Shown one piece after another: positions 52,724 through 64,000 of a DNA stretch of 64,000 nucleotides; the stretch's first letter is position 1; each line of letters begins with the position of its first letter. Source of the DNA: Octopus vulgaris (taxonomy: Eukaryota); the NCBI GenBank assembly GCA_951406725.2, contig OX597839.1, positions 14,880,001-14,944,000 on the forward strand, read 5' to 3'. A program made the translations under genes and the position numbers. Under the pieces are notes generated by a model that saw nothing but the letters and a program-made list of their open reading frames with translations, ran no database searches and had not been told where the DNA came from.

Positions 52724-54011
52724 TCAAGTCATCCCATAAGTTCTGTCCGATTTTACCTTTTTTTAAATTGAATGAAATTTAAAAGTATTTTAGAATGTCT
52801 AATGGAATTAAAAATTATTTTTATGCATTTGTGTACATTTAAGCTAATGAAATATTATTTTACAGAATAATAGAATTAAAATTTCTTTGATTAAAACCCT
52901 TTCTACCATGGAAGTATCGAAAGAGCATTTGAGGCACAAAATGCTTTATGAGTACAAAAAAAGAAACCCTGCAGCCGAAGCGACTTGAAACATACACTCA
53001 GTTTATGGGAAAGAATACTTGAATGAAAGAACTTGCAGAAGATGGTTTGCAAAATTCAGAAGTGGAGATTTCAGCCTTGAAGATGAAGATCGAACAGGAT
53101 GTCCATTTGAGTTTCATGATAAGCTCCTTGAGGCATTACTTGAAGAAAATCCTGCATTATCAGTTGAAGAATTGGCAATAAAGCTTAGTTCAAACCATAC
53201 AACTGTTCATCGTCATCTTCAACAACTTGGAAAGGTTCCTAAACTTGGAAAATGGGTGCCTCATGAATTGTCTGAAAGCAACCACAAATCCCGAGTTGAC
53301 ATCTGCTCTTCTCTCCAATTTCGCGAACTCATTTCACCCTTTTTGGATAGACTTGTGACTGGTGACGAAAAATGGATCTTCTATCGAAATGTTAAACGTC
53401 GTAAACAGTGGCTTGGTAAAAGGGAAAAGGCTCAACCACAACCGAGAAGGGAACTTCATGGTAAAAAGGTTCTTCTCTCTGTCTGGTGGGATTGCAAAGG
53501 AGTAATTCACTTTGAATTGTTACCACGTAATGCAACAATCAATGCTCAAGTCTACTGTCAGCAATTAGAGCGTTTGAATCAAGATTTGAAGAAAAAGAGA
53601 CCCCCTTTAGTGAATTGAAAACGAGTGATGGTTTATCAAGACAATGCACGACCCCACACTGCAAAGATAACATCACAGAAGATGGAAGAACTTGGTTGGG
53701 AAAAAATTCCTCATCCAACTTATTCTCCTGACCTTGCCCCCTCAGACTACCATTTGTTTCGTAGTTTGCAGAATCATTTGTGGGGCATAACTTTCGAGAG
53801 ATAGGAGGAGGTTGAAACTGACATTTCAGAGTTCTTCGCTTTGAAACCAAAAGAATTTTACATTGCTGAGATTAAAAAGCTTGTAAATAGATGGAAGGAA
53901 GTCATAGATAATCAGGGAAAGTACATTGATGATTAAATTTCAATTAAATATAACATTTGACCACTTGTTTTCTTTATTCAAAATTCGGACAGAACTTATG
54001 GGATGATCTGA
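52724..54011 (+). mobile_element. Full-length mariner element (~1.29 kb)
   Basis: TIRs tcaagtcatcccataagttctgtccga / tcggacagaacttatgggatgatctga; TA on the left flank; full transposase inside. Confidence 0.95.
52908..53936 (+). pseudogene. Mariner D,D34D transposase (342 codons) with three in-frame stops
   Basis: MEVSKEHLRH...WVPHEL...TGDEKW...QDNARPH(34)YSPDLAPSDYHLF...GKYIDD. No frameshift; stops TGA (~52986), TGA (~53616) and TAG (~53802). Confidence 0.95.
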
Positions 54012-54049
54012 AAAATACCCATATTGAGCATATAGCGCGCGCGTGTGTG

Positions 54050-54242
54050 TACATACTCTTTGCATTTAGTTTAATTGGGGTTGGTGGAATTTCTGTACTC
54101 ATATCTGTTTCAATCGTCGTCTCGTTTCTCTTATCGTTTTTCTTGAGTTTTCTCATAGACTTGTGTACTGGTTTTCAAATAGGTATATCGGTAGAATGCA
54201 CTAGGCTTGAAAGATTGTCTTGAGACACACGGCATGTTATAT
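54050..54242. repeat. ~190-bp local direct duplication of 55130-55318
   Basis: tactctttgcatt...ggggttggtgg...catagacttgtgtactggttttcaaa...gaaagattgtcttgagacaca.ggcatgttatata occurs twice with scattered substitutions. Confidence 0.9.
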
Positions 54243-54269
54243 AGCATAAGCATATATTGCGGGGGGGGG

Positions 54270-54500
54270 GGGCTTAGTGGTTAGTTGTGGTGTTGCACTC
54301 ATAATTTGCAAGATTGTGTTTTCAATTCATGGACGAGCGACGCATTGAGTAAACCACTTCATTCACATTGCTCCAGTATACTCAACTGACAAAATGAGTA
54401 ATCCTGCAACGGACCGGTGTCTCGCCCTGTTGAGAAAAAATATATACGTCACAGAAACCAAGAAATCAGCCTTGTGAGTCTATGACGAGGGAAGGACCTT
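54270..54500 (+). mobile_element. tRNA-derived SINE of a third type (degenerate)
   Basis: ggcttagtggttag A-box-like head, ttcaattc B-box-like segment, ttgctccagtatactcaactg central domain. Confidence 0.55.
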
Positions 54501-54565
54501 TGATACATTTTTCATATACATATATCGTGTGTATATATATTGTATTTATGTATATTTGTATATAT

Positions 54566-54689
54566 AGAGGAATCAACCGCATTACGGGAGTCTCAAGTTC
54601 TGGAAAACTTGTCGCAACGCAAAGTCCCGTAACACAGAATATTTTTTTCTATTGGTTTTTCATGTTAGAAAGTGGTAATGCGTTCCAAT

Positions 54690-54728
<39 letters not shown>

Positions 54729-55318
54729 TAATACAACCAATTTTATGAAACTAACAATTCAAAACATACACACCACAGGATGTATACATGAAAACATTTA
54801 AAGAGAAACACGTTCGGTAAGCAATAAGAAACGTAATAGAGTATGTTCTTACCACAGAAAATGTTGACAACTGTGCGAGGAATAGTGGTGGAATGAGAGT
54901 TACTAAGAGGATAAGGGACACTATCGTCTGTCTTATAGTTGATCATCATCAACATACTTGAGAAGCGAAGTAATTATCGAAAATTGTTTGATGCCTATGT
55001 CGCATCATCTTTTTGTACAGCTAAAAAATGGAACTGAGCCTTGTAATTTTTTGAGTTATTTTCCAGATTGGGTTGTTATCAGCAAAAACTTGCAGTCCTT
55101 CCTCTATAAGTGCGAATCTTATTTTAGTAATACTCTTTGCATTCGGTTTAGATGGGGTTGGTGGGATTTCTGTATTCATATCTGTATCAACCGTCGTCGT
55201 GTTTCTCTTGTCGTTTTCCTCAGGTTTTCTCATAGACTTGTGTACTGGTTTTCAAAGAGGTATATCGGTAGAATGCACTAAGCCTGAAAGATTGTCTTGA
55301 GACACATGGCATGTTATA
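54566..55318 (-). mobile_element. pogo/Tigger-like transposon 3' remnant
   Basis: Minus-strand FALIEEGLQVFADNNP..QKITR resembles the Tigger transposase C-terminus. Terminus with aaccgcattacg/cgcaacgc/cccgtaacac subterminal motifs at 54570-54635. Confidence 0.55.
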
Positions 55319-55840
55319 TAAATCTGCTAAATTATTGTATCTCTACACCATGAAACTGTTAGCAGCTCCTTTTAAAACTATCTAGAGAGAGAGAGAGAGA
55401 GAGAGAATAGTGAAGCATTATCAAGCCAGGATAAAAATATTGTTTAAATTAGTAAAAGACTCCGCGTATTCTTGTGACAGGGTTCGCGGTTATAGTTCAT
55501 CACCAATTTATATTTTACATCCGTGGTTGTTCCAGTTATACTGAGTTTTACGTAGCTTGATATACAAGGCAGGGTATAAATAATAATCGTTACATATTTT
55601 TCTTTATTATAGTAAATTTGACTTATAGCTGTTTCCAGTAGTCATTATAGGTTCGTTATTGATAAGTTTACTCAATCAGTCCTTTGTTCGGTTGAGAAAA
55701 AACTGAACGTCCTAAAAAATTAATGCTACTTTCGTCAGTCATTTCTGATTATAACAAAACAGAACACTGAAGGGATGATATAGTTACTGGGGGGAGTGAG
55801 GAGAAGCAATAAGAATCAGTATAAGGTAAGTGCGAGGGGC

Positions 55841-56094
55841 ATATTCATACGGCACAGAATGTTTTCACCTCAATAGACGGTCATTGATAGGTTGAAATTG
55901 CCGAAATGCAAGAAATTAAAGACCAAATATCTTACAAACTATAGAATTTTCTCAATAAAGCCAAGAGAAAAAGATGTTTTATAAACACATTCTACCAGTA
56001 GACGAAATTTTATAAACACATTCTACCAGTAGACGAAATTTTTTAGTTACCTAAAAATTATGTTAAAAACTGCCGTTCAAACCGAAAAGATCCG
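55841..56094. mobile_element. Partial inverted copy of the MITE at 1750-2149
   Basis: Reverse complement of ~1750-1970, ending aaaactgccgttcaaaccgaaaagatccg; internal 31-bp tandem duplication. Confidence 0.88.
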
Positions 56095-56448
56095 TATCTC
56101 TTCAGGTGATTACTAGATGTATCTCTTTAAAATAACGTCCGTTTCGCAAGTTTACTTTTCAGTATGTGAATAGAAAAGCAGTAATACTGCTTCTCTATTA
56201 TAGAGGATGAATAAAAATCAAATGCAAAAAGAAACAAATACACAATACAGCGAAAAAAGTATTAAAGAACTTGCGGAACAGACGTTTGTTTTAACGAAAT
56301 ATATCCTGTAATCACATCTATACGGATGGATACTCCTAGGCTAGTGGTTAAGTATTACACCTGTGAGAGATCGATACTAGATGAGTTGAAACAATTGTAG
56401 TGATCAATAGACATTCTCGTATCTTCCATCTTCCGTCTCTCTCATCTC

Positions 56449-56481
<33 letters not shown>

Positions 56482-57019
56482 TGTATGTATGTATGTATGT
56501 ATGTATGTATGTATGTATACTCATACATCACCGTTACATATTTATATATACCCCTGGATATGTGTATATGCGTGTGTGAATGTGTGCACGCGCGTATGTT
56601 TGCTTACATTTTTTAGATCGATGTTAAACTAGATTTGGAAAGAGCAAGCATGGGAAAATGGACTAAAACGACTATATAAAATTGTGTGTGTGTGTGTGTC
56701 TGTGTGTAATTGAGTAAATACAATTTACAATAAAAATACTTAGTTTTATTTTGAGTAAAACGCCAGCGTCTTTCAAAGCAAAATCTTTGAAGCCTGTTTG
56801 CCTGACTGTCACTCACTCCCACACCTTTTGTTTTTTTTTACACTTATTTCCCTCCGAGTGTGATGGGCTTTTATTGTATGTAAGATATGCATTTTTATAT
56901 ACATGTCTATATGTGTGCATACGTGTGTGTGTACACATATGTATATGTGTACGCCTCCGCACGCACACATGTGCATTCCAGAAGTTTTGAGATTTTTCAG
57001 GAGAGACATTAATTTCAAC

Positions 57020-57140
57020 TTTAATCTCCTTCAGAGTAGGTTCCTCTGACTTTAATGTACTTGTAGCGCTGCAGCCACTTCATGAGGCTTTCATGGAAGA
57101 CCTCCAAAGTGAACGTGTCCAGGACCCTTGTCACTTCATC
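57020..57140 (-). mobile_element. Mariner transposase C-terminal fragment
   Basis: EVTRVLDTFTLEVFHESLMKWLQRYKYIKVRGTYSEGD*. Confidence 0.7.
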
Positions 57141-58499
57141 TTCAAAAATGCTAGTTCTGATGTTCTTTTTCAGAGATAAGCAGATGTATATGCGCATGTG
57201 TAATTTATCTGTTAGAATGTTACGGACGTTACTTACTTCCCGCATGTTTTGCACTTAATAACTATTTTGCTGCAAGAGTACATTTATTTCGGGTATGATT
57301 CGACACTTTTATCTTTCAGTTTGATGTCTGTTTTCTTCTTATTTTCTCATCTCTTTTTTTTTTTATTCGAGTAAGGGTTGAGGATATGAAAAAGGTGAAA
57401 TATGCGAGGAGGTGCGGTTTTGTTGCAAGAGCAACTTGCCCTCATCAAGATGACCTTCAAACTTGTGAAAATTTTCCAATGACCTTCAAACCTGTTGAAA
57501 TTTTGTGGAGCAGGAAGCAAATATCAAGGCAAAACTATGCATCTGAACCACACGCGCGCACTTACACTCGCTTATACACACTTTCCCAGATAAGCATCCA
57601 CGTGTTCTACGCAAATGCATATTTTATCACATAAATGCGAACAGACTAATTTATTGTGGCTGTCGACACCTTTCACCTGCAGTATCTTTACAATCTCTTA
57701 TTATAAAAGGCAGATTTTATCTGCCTCCTTTGGGAGTTATAGAAATCTACAATATAGGATTTCTTCAATTACAATTTACCTAGCATTTTTAAGAGTAGAA
57801 TGCATCGGGTCATGCCAGGTCCAGTTTTTAAAATTTAAACTCCAATTAAGCAAAATTTACAGAAAACTCACATTCTGGTGTGTGTGTCAAATGCTTTTCT
57901 TAATGTGGTTTACACCACACGCACACGCACACACACAGTGTGCAACGAATAAAATGAAAGTAAATAGCGACAGAGTGATTTGAGGAAGACTAAACTGAAA
58001 GTATTTAAACCACTACTCAAAAAATAAAAAAACACAGCAAACAGAAACAAATAAATACATAACGATTTACTCCTCACACAATTTCTTCAATTAGAGTGTA
58101 CCCATGATTTTTCAGAGTACTTCAGTGGGTGATGCCATAAAAAATTTCTTTCAATTTTACCACCAATTAAGACAAAATTCGAGAAAACTCAATATTTTAA
58201 CATTTCACTCCGAAAGCATTGATGTACATGTGTGCGTGCGTGAGTGTGTGTGTGTGTGTGTGTGTTTGATGGGTTGTGCGACACAGAAAGTGTGGTGTGT
58301 AAGTGAAGTGCTTTTGTTAGTGTGTGTAAAGAGACAGACAGAGTGAAAGACAGAAATAAGCGCGCATAATTGAAAGTTTTCACTATGATATCATCACGTG
58401 CGAAAAAATTCGAAGGGTTTTGAACAATTGAGATACACATGTCACGCCTGTATTGAAACCATTGCTAAGCTGCCGTAATTGCTTAATTAAGACTTTGTT

Positions 58500-59145
58500 T
58501 AAATTGAAAGGGGCAAATATGTGACGAGGTTGAAAAAAAATACCCCAGGAAAAAAAATGTACTGCTGGTATTTATATAATTCACTACTATTTTGCTACAA
58601 TGTCATGAAAAAGAAAAAAATTAGGTATGTAAATCGAATTCGCCACCCCCTTTTCCCCGTTCGCGTTTGTGTAAAAAAATTATTATTTAAGTTTTAAAAA
58701 TTATTTACTTTGTTCAAAAAATATTAATATTAATTAATTTTCAAGAATTATTTAATTTTATTCTGTAAAATAGTAATTAATTCATTTATCTGTAAATCCG
58801 CGAGGTTGTTACTCAGGCACCTAGAATGGTAACCTTCAACTAACACTATCTCCTCCGAGACCCTGCGGCGCAAGTTGACCAAAATTGAGAGTATGGTAGA
58901 AGAAGGGTTGCTCTTCCTTCCGTAGAACATAAAATTCAAATCGGACCATGTTAACACCAAAAATTATTTACATCAAAAAGATGCTTTTTTCTATGAAAAT
59001 CCCTATTTTTTACGATTTTTTCACTGCTGTGTCGCCACTTTTCGGTGTATTTCGACCAGAAAAATGTTCACAAAATTTTTACTTTTCAAAATTACAATTC
59101 CAGCGGGCCGAAACAAACCCGAACAACGCCGGGCGATACTGCTAG
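58500..59145 (+). mobile_element. Non-autonomous Helitron, 3' end
   Basis: Terminal cccgaacaacgccggg hairpin followed by ...ctgCTAG|T. 5' boundary uncertain. Confidence 0.7.
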
Positions 59146-59394
59146 TGTAGTATAAAACATTTTTTCACCTCTTGAGTGGTAATCAAGTCAAACCGAAAAT
59201 GGATCTGAAGATATCCCTTTCTTTCCAAACGAAGCAAAAACTAGATAAATAAAATAAACTTTTCGTCCTGTTCCCGAAGTCAGTATCATGCTGTGTGCCG
59301 CCGAAAGGCACATTTAATTTTTGAAGAAAATCAACAAAATGCAAATCAAACACAAGTACCATAAATACAGATAACAGCAACAATAACACCGTTT

Positions 59395-59590
59395 AAAGTT
59401 TGGCACAAAGCCAGCAATTTTAGAGGAAAGATTGTATTAGTGGATAAATCGACTCCAGTATTTGACTACTTTATTTCATCTACCCCGAAAGGGTGAAAGG
59501 AAATTTTGATCTTGGCGAGATTTGAACGCCGAACGTAAAATACCGGAAGAAATGCCACTGACGCGCAGACGTTTCTGTCAGCTCACCGTT
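59395..59590 (-). mobile_element. SINE family B, diverged
   Basis: Colinear with 21917-22132 (tttggcacaaagccagcaatttt...tttgaacgccgaacgtaaa...ctgtcagctcaccg). Confidence 0.8.
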
Positions 59591-59631
59591 GTAACAAATA
59601 TTAATGGTAGTCGTGGTGGTAATGATAATAA

Positions 59632-60168
59632 TCTTTATATATATAAAACTGAGAATGTGTGTGTGTGTGTCTGTCTGTCTGTGTGTTTCCCTAAAACTTG
59701 AGAACTACACAACCAATTCCATTCAAATTTTACACATGCCTTACTTAGGGTCCATGTAGTTTCATGGGCAAAAGAAAATGTTCAACTTCTTGCCTAGAGC
59801 GAGCCCATAGCAATATCATATCTTCTCCACTATTTCAGTATTACGTGTTAAAAGTGAAACAAAAACGTTTCTCTATTCTATGTCAGATACTTTCACTTTA
59901 ACAATAAAAATAATAATAACAATTGAATTATATGTAGTAAGTAATAATTAAAATCAAACTAAAGTATAATATAATCGTAACATAACAAAATTAAAAATAG
60001 CAATTGGTATAAAATTGCATCAATGATTTGAACTTGAATAAGTGGTTTCACATGAATGGGAATAAATTAAAAAATAAAATTAGCGTGCAGAAATGGAATA
60101 GTCCAGATGGATAATAAAAAATTAAATTAAAGAAAAGTATACAATGTAGAAAAAAAAGAAGATTTGAG
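59632..60168 (+). mobile_element. Non-autonomous Helitron, 5' part
   Basis: A|TCtttatatatataaaactgagaatgtgtg(tctg)n...aactacacaaccaattccattcaaattttacac: typical 5'-TC, TA-rich, microsatellite and ccaat..aaatt start. 3' CTRR end not seen in the window; extent to 60168 is inferred. Confidence 0.7.
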
Positions 60169-60183
60169 CACATGTCTGAAATC

Positions 60184-61938
60184 TATGTGTGTTGTTATCT
60201 GTGACTAGACGGTGAAATTTTTTCTGTGTAAATTGATTTGATATCGCGCGAGGCGTTTGCCTCCACGTGTGGAAACCTTCCGAAGAAGGTGAATTGACCC
60301 TCTAGTCATGGCGACTTACGCGGGGGGTCACCGGGAAAAATAACGATTCGTCGATAATCATAAAGGAGGTTTTCTTTGAGAAGGAGAAACTCAAAGAATA
60401 TGAAAAGCTCTTCAAAAGGGAGGGTGATAGCGTGAAGCTAATCCCTCCCGCGAAAGCAAAAGAGGATAAAGAAAGCAAGACGGTGACATACAGAACCCAA
60501 GACAAGAATACGAAGAAACTGGCAAGAGTGGAGATAGACAAAATTGAAAAATGTCTGGGAGACATAATGGGGAAAATAACCTACGTGAGTAGAGGCAAGA
60601 AATTTGGTACGGTGGAGGTGAGATGTGCAACGGAGGAAATTGCAGCCTCACTGGCTACCACCGTACTAAGAGCCGAAAAATTCACGATGTGGCCCTCATA
60701 CAAGGGAAGAAGAGGGGTCCGGGTTAAAATCCCGAATATTCCCCCAGAAGTGAAAACAGAATGGCTGGCAACAGCTATTCTAGGAGCAGCAGAAGAGGAA
60801 GTGGAGGTGGAATCAATTAAGGAGTCCAACGCGGTAAACTGGAGAGGATATGGGGTAGAATTGTGGTTGATGGCCACAAAAGAGGATATTGAAAGGTTTC
60901 CCTACAGAATTGAAATTGAAGAGGAAAAAACCCTCAGCTTAATTGTAGAGGGGAGAAAACCAAACTGTTACTTGTGTGGGACAAGGGGGCACATTAAAAA
61001 AGAGTGCCCGTTATATGAATTCGTAGCGGAGTGCGAGCAGGAACTTGAAGAAAAGAAGAATACTGTAAATGAGAAAGAAAACATAGAAAAGGAAACAAAA
61101 CAACAAGAGAAAGGAAATAATAAGTCAATGAAGGAAAAAGAAATAAAAGAAAAGAAAGAAATAGAACCAAAACAGAGTCAGGAAAAAAAAAGGAAAAAGA
61201 AACAATAGGAAAAAACAAGAGAGGGATCAGAATCAAACGAAAAGAAAAGACGGCACACAAAAGGAAAACGAAAAGGAACATAAAACACGAGAGAAAGAGA
61301 GAACAGACAAAGAACCAAAAAGACAAGAGAAGGAAGGAGAAAGAAAAGAAGGCAGAAAGAGAGAAACAAAGAGAGGAGAACAAGGAAGAAATAAGCCCGA
61401 AAAGGAAAATGAAGGAAAACGTAGGACGGAAACAAGATTACTATTACTACAAGTTAGTAACCTTCCATTTCTGCCCTGTAATGAAAGACTTGACAAGCGA
61501 AACGGAGGGACATATATGGGTCAACAGGATGACCGACCGGTGGCAGGAGACTGTTCTAATCCCCGAAGAAAGAGCCGCTGAGTTCCTCAGAGCTGCCGGA
61601 GAGAGTGTAATATTTTACACGAAGGTTCGAGTGAGAGAGCGGCTGCCTGAGGGCTCAGTGATAGACTTCAGAGAAGTGGAAACAATTATAGAATATGTAT
61701 AGAATTGAGAGAGGAAAAAAAAAAAAAGAGAAAAAAGAAAATTTTGTGAAATATATGTGACGAAAATGTAACCTCTTGATTCCGGGGATCGAGTGGACAT
61801 TTACATCTCATTGTAAATATTCTTTCATATGTCATTTTTACTTTTATTTTTTCCTTTTCTTGTCATTCGCTTTCTTATTTTAAGTTCCCCGATTGTATTG
61901 TCCCATCTATGTTCGCCCCTTGTGGGTAGTAATAAAAT
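60184..61938 (+). mobile_element. Full-length ORF1-only Tx1-related retroelement (1.75 kb) flanked by 15-bp direct repeat
   Basis: cacatgtctgaaatc at 60169-60183 and 61939-61953. 5' UTR, one gag-like ORF, 3' UTR ending ttcgccccttgtgggtagtaataaaat. No EN/RT sequence. Confidence 0.85.
60308..61702 (+). CDS. Gag-like ORF1 protein (~464 aa if two homopolymer frameshifts are corrected): RRM-like region, CCHC zinc knuckle, K/E-rich linker, C-terminal ~90-aa domain
   Basis: MATYAG/VTGKNN... joins ORF 60432-61208 via a G-run at 60322-60327. CYLCGTRGHIKKEC knuckle. A shift in the A-run near 61183-61191 gives an open frame through ORF 61409-61702. Confidence 0.75.
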
Positions 61939-62163
61939 CACATGTCTGAAATCAATTTTTGCGTCTGTTAGTAAGTTATATATTTTGCTCTCATAGTATT
62001 ATCTCTGTTTTTCTATATTGTCTGTATACCTGTTTGTTTACTGTTGTTTAACTGAAGAAGTCAGCCTTCACGCGAGGACTTCGCGTTGGTGTTCCCCCCT
62101 CCGTGGGGGAAAACTACAATTATTTTGGAATCTACAAAGGTTTGTTAAAGCCATTTGTTTAAG

Positions 62164-63534
62164 ATGGAGTCCCCCATCTCCTATTCGCCCGTGACGAGCG
62201 AGGACGAATACCCGGCGTTGACATCAGGAAAAAAAGAGGCGTTGTCGCCAAGAAAAAAAGAGGCGTTATCGCCGAAGAAAAAGGAGGCGGCGTCGCCCCA
62301 AAAAATAGAAAAATCAATACCAGCATCAACTCCAGCGAAAAAATTCGCTGAAGTAGCTGGGAAAAAAATTAAAACAATAAACGTTGAAAATCTAGAAAAA
62401 TTCGCAGACAGTGTAAAGAAAGAGGGCACAGAAGTGACTGTGGTCGCAGACGTACAGAAACATGAAGATATAGAGAGGAAAAGAATTATTTACAAAACGT
62501 ACAACACAGCTACAAGAATGATTCAGAAAATCGAGGAGAAAAAAATAGAGTTATGTTTGAAACCAATAATGGACAAAATAACATATATAAACAGAGGTAA
62601 AAGATATGGCACAGTGGAGGTGCGTTTTACCTCTGAAGAGATAGCGAAAAAACTATCAATGGAGACTTTCAAAGCAGAAAACATCGTTCTATTACCATTA
62701 TATAGAGGAAAGCGGACATCAAAAATCACAATGAACAACATTCCCCCAGAGGCAGATGCAGAATGTCTGGTGGCAGCAGTGATGGTAGGCCTGGAGGAAA
62801 AATAAACATCCTCCAGGCCACAGTGGAGAAGAGGAGTTCTGGAAAGGACAAAAGATAGTGATAGCCATACAGGCGGAGACACAAACACTGGAAGAAATTC
62901 CAGAAACAGTAAAAATTAGCGAAGAGGAAAAAATAACTGTTTTCGTGGAGGGCAGGAGGCCGAGGTGCTTCGGCTGCGGCAAGAAGGGTCATGTAAGGGC
63001 GGAATGCCAACCCAAACCCAAACCGCAGGAAACACCGAAGCCAAGAGAAAAAGAAGTGTCACCAGAAGCAACGTCGGACGGCCCAGAAGGGAAGACCGAA
63101 GGTGTGGAGGTGACGGTGACAGCAGAACCAGCGGCGGAGGAGAACAAGAGCGAGGAAAAGATAAATGAGGAGGGGTGGAAAAAAATTACCGAAAAAAAAA
63201 AAGAAAAACGGATACCACCCCTCCCAGAATAATTTTAAAAAAGAAGAGAGAGACAATGGACTCATATATGGCCGTCAAGGCAGCGAATAGCAGACTAGGA
63301 AACGTGTTGGCTGCTATGGCCAAGGTGGAGAAAGTGGAAAAGAAAAATGACTTTGTGATCTACAGAATAGGCCGGAAGGATTACGGGCGGATAAAATCCG
63401 AATTCTTCCACGACGTAGGCCCACTTAGATTGGAGGTGACATCTCCACATATATTCGAGGGCCTACGTCAGACTCCCTCACGAGGCCCAGAAAAAGAGTT
63501 GGAAGAACGAGAGAAAACCGAACCACTGATATAA
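62164..63534 (+). pseudogene. Tx1 ORF1 (gag-like, CCHC), frameshifted near 62800-62840 and 63195
   Basis: DKITYINRGKRYGTVEVRFTSEEIA and VEGRRPRCFGCGKKGHVRAEC align with GKITYVSRGKKFGTVEVRCATEEIA and VEGRKPNCYLCGTRGHIKKEC. Confidence 0.85.
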
Positions 63535-63543
63535 AGGTAAGTA

Positions 63544-63981
63544 ATGGATTGCATTTATGTTGGTTGTTTGAATGTGCGCGGCCTGGGAACAGGCTGGAAG
63601 CAAGGTTGCTTCCTGCATGATATCAGGTCGCGTAATTTAGATGTTATTGTTGCTACAGAAACCCGGTTAGAGGGGCCAAGAGGTCTGCTCCCGCTGTTTG
63701 ACGGCTACGAGAGATTTTTCTCTTCTGGCAGTCCTACTGGCGGAAGTGGGGTGTTGGTCCTAATAAAAAGAAACCGTGTTTCTGAGAAAAAGTTAATTTT
63801 TGCAGATCCAGAAGGTAGGCTGGTCGTCATGGATTTGACGTTCAGTAATGGTAAAGTTATCAGACTGGTTGCAATTTACGCACCCAACCATACAGGGCAA
63901 AGTGATTATTTTCGTGAACTAGAAAACTTTCTTGGTACTTCGCATTCATTAGTTGTGCTAGGAGGCTTTAACACAATTTGA
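63544..63981 (+). pseudogene. Tx1 ORF2 N-terminal APE endonuclease, truncated by a stop
   Basis: GCLNVRGL, DVIVATET, GSGVLVL, DPEGRLV, RLVAIYAPN, LGGFN (GDFN altered), then TGA. Confidence 0.9.
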
Positions 63982-64000
63982 TCTTCCAGGTCATATTTAG

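Larger units (their letters stand above)
61954..64000 (+). mobile_element. Tx1-clade LINE, 5' part (5' UTR, ORF1, ORF2 endonuclease)
   Basis: ORF1 homologous to the one at 60308, followed 9 nt after its stop by an APE endonuclease ORF. Starts right after the 15-bp repeat. Confidence 0.9.

Noticed and set aside
60581-61496. Hydrophobic F/L/S-rich minus-strand ORFs resembling membrane proteins (also 62181-63265)
   Set aside because: Antisense shadows of the purine-rich K/E-coding ORF1.

Overview
AT-rich, microsatellite-rich eukaryotic DNA made almost entirely of transposable elements and their remnants. The two abundant tRNA-derived SINE families resemble octopus SINEs as I recall them, so a coleoid cephalopod origin is likely (inference, not a database result). 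No complete host gene is visible. A CpG-poor zone at 1-1700 holds one candidate minus-strand exon. Retroelements seen: RTE, CR1-group, Tx1 and R4/Dong LINE fragments; Penelope-like remnants with minimal hammerhead ribozyme motifs; and a complete 2.74-kb non-autonomous LTR element (600-bp LTRs, tRNA-Trp PBS, PPT, TATT TSD). DNA elements seen: several mariners including one full-length D,D34D copy, three hAT-type remnants, a pogo/Tigger remnant, MITEs and Helitron ends. The most notable structure is an apparent group of ORF1-only, Tx1-related retroelements. One full-length copy (60184-61938) is flanked by a 15-bp duplication and sits head-to-tail with an ORF1+ORF2 Tx1 element downstream of a Helitron 5' end. 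A divergent, 5'-truncated copy (22939-23587) sits inside a hAT transposase. Both go from the ORF1 C-terminal domain straight into a similar 3' stem-loop tail with no ORF2. Most ORFs in the supplied track are microsatellite or antisense artefacts.
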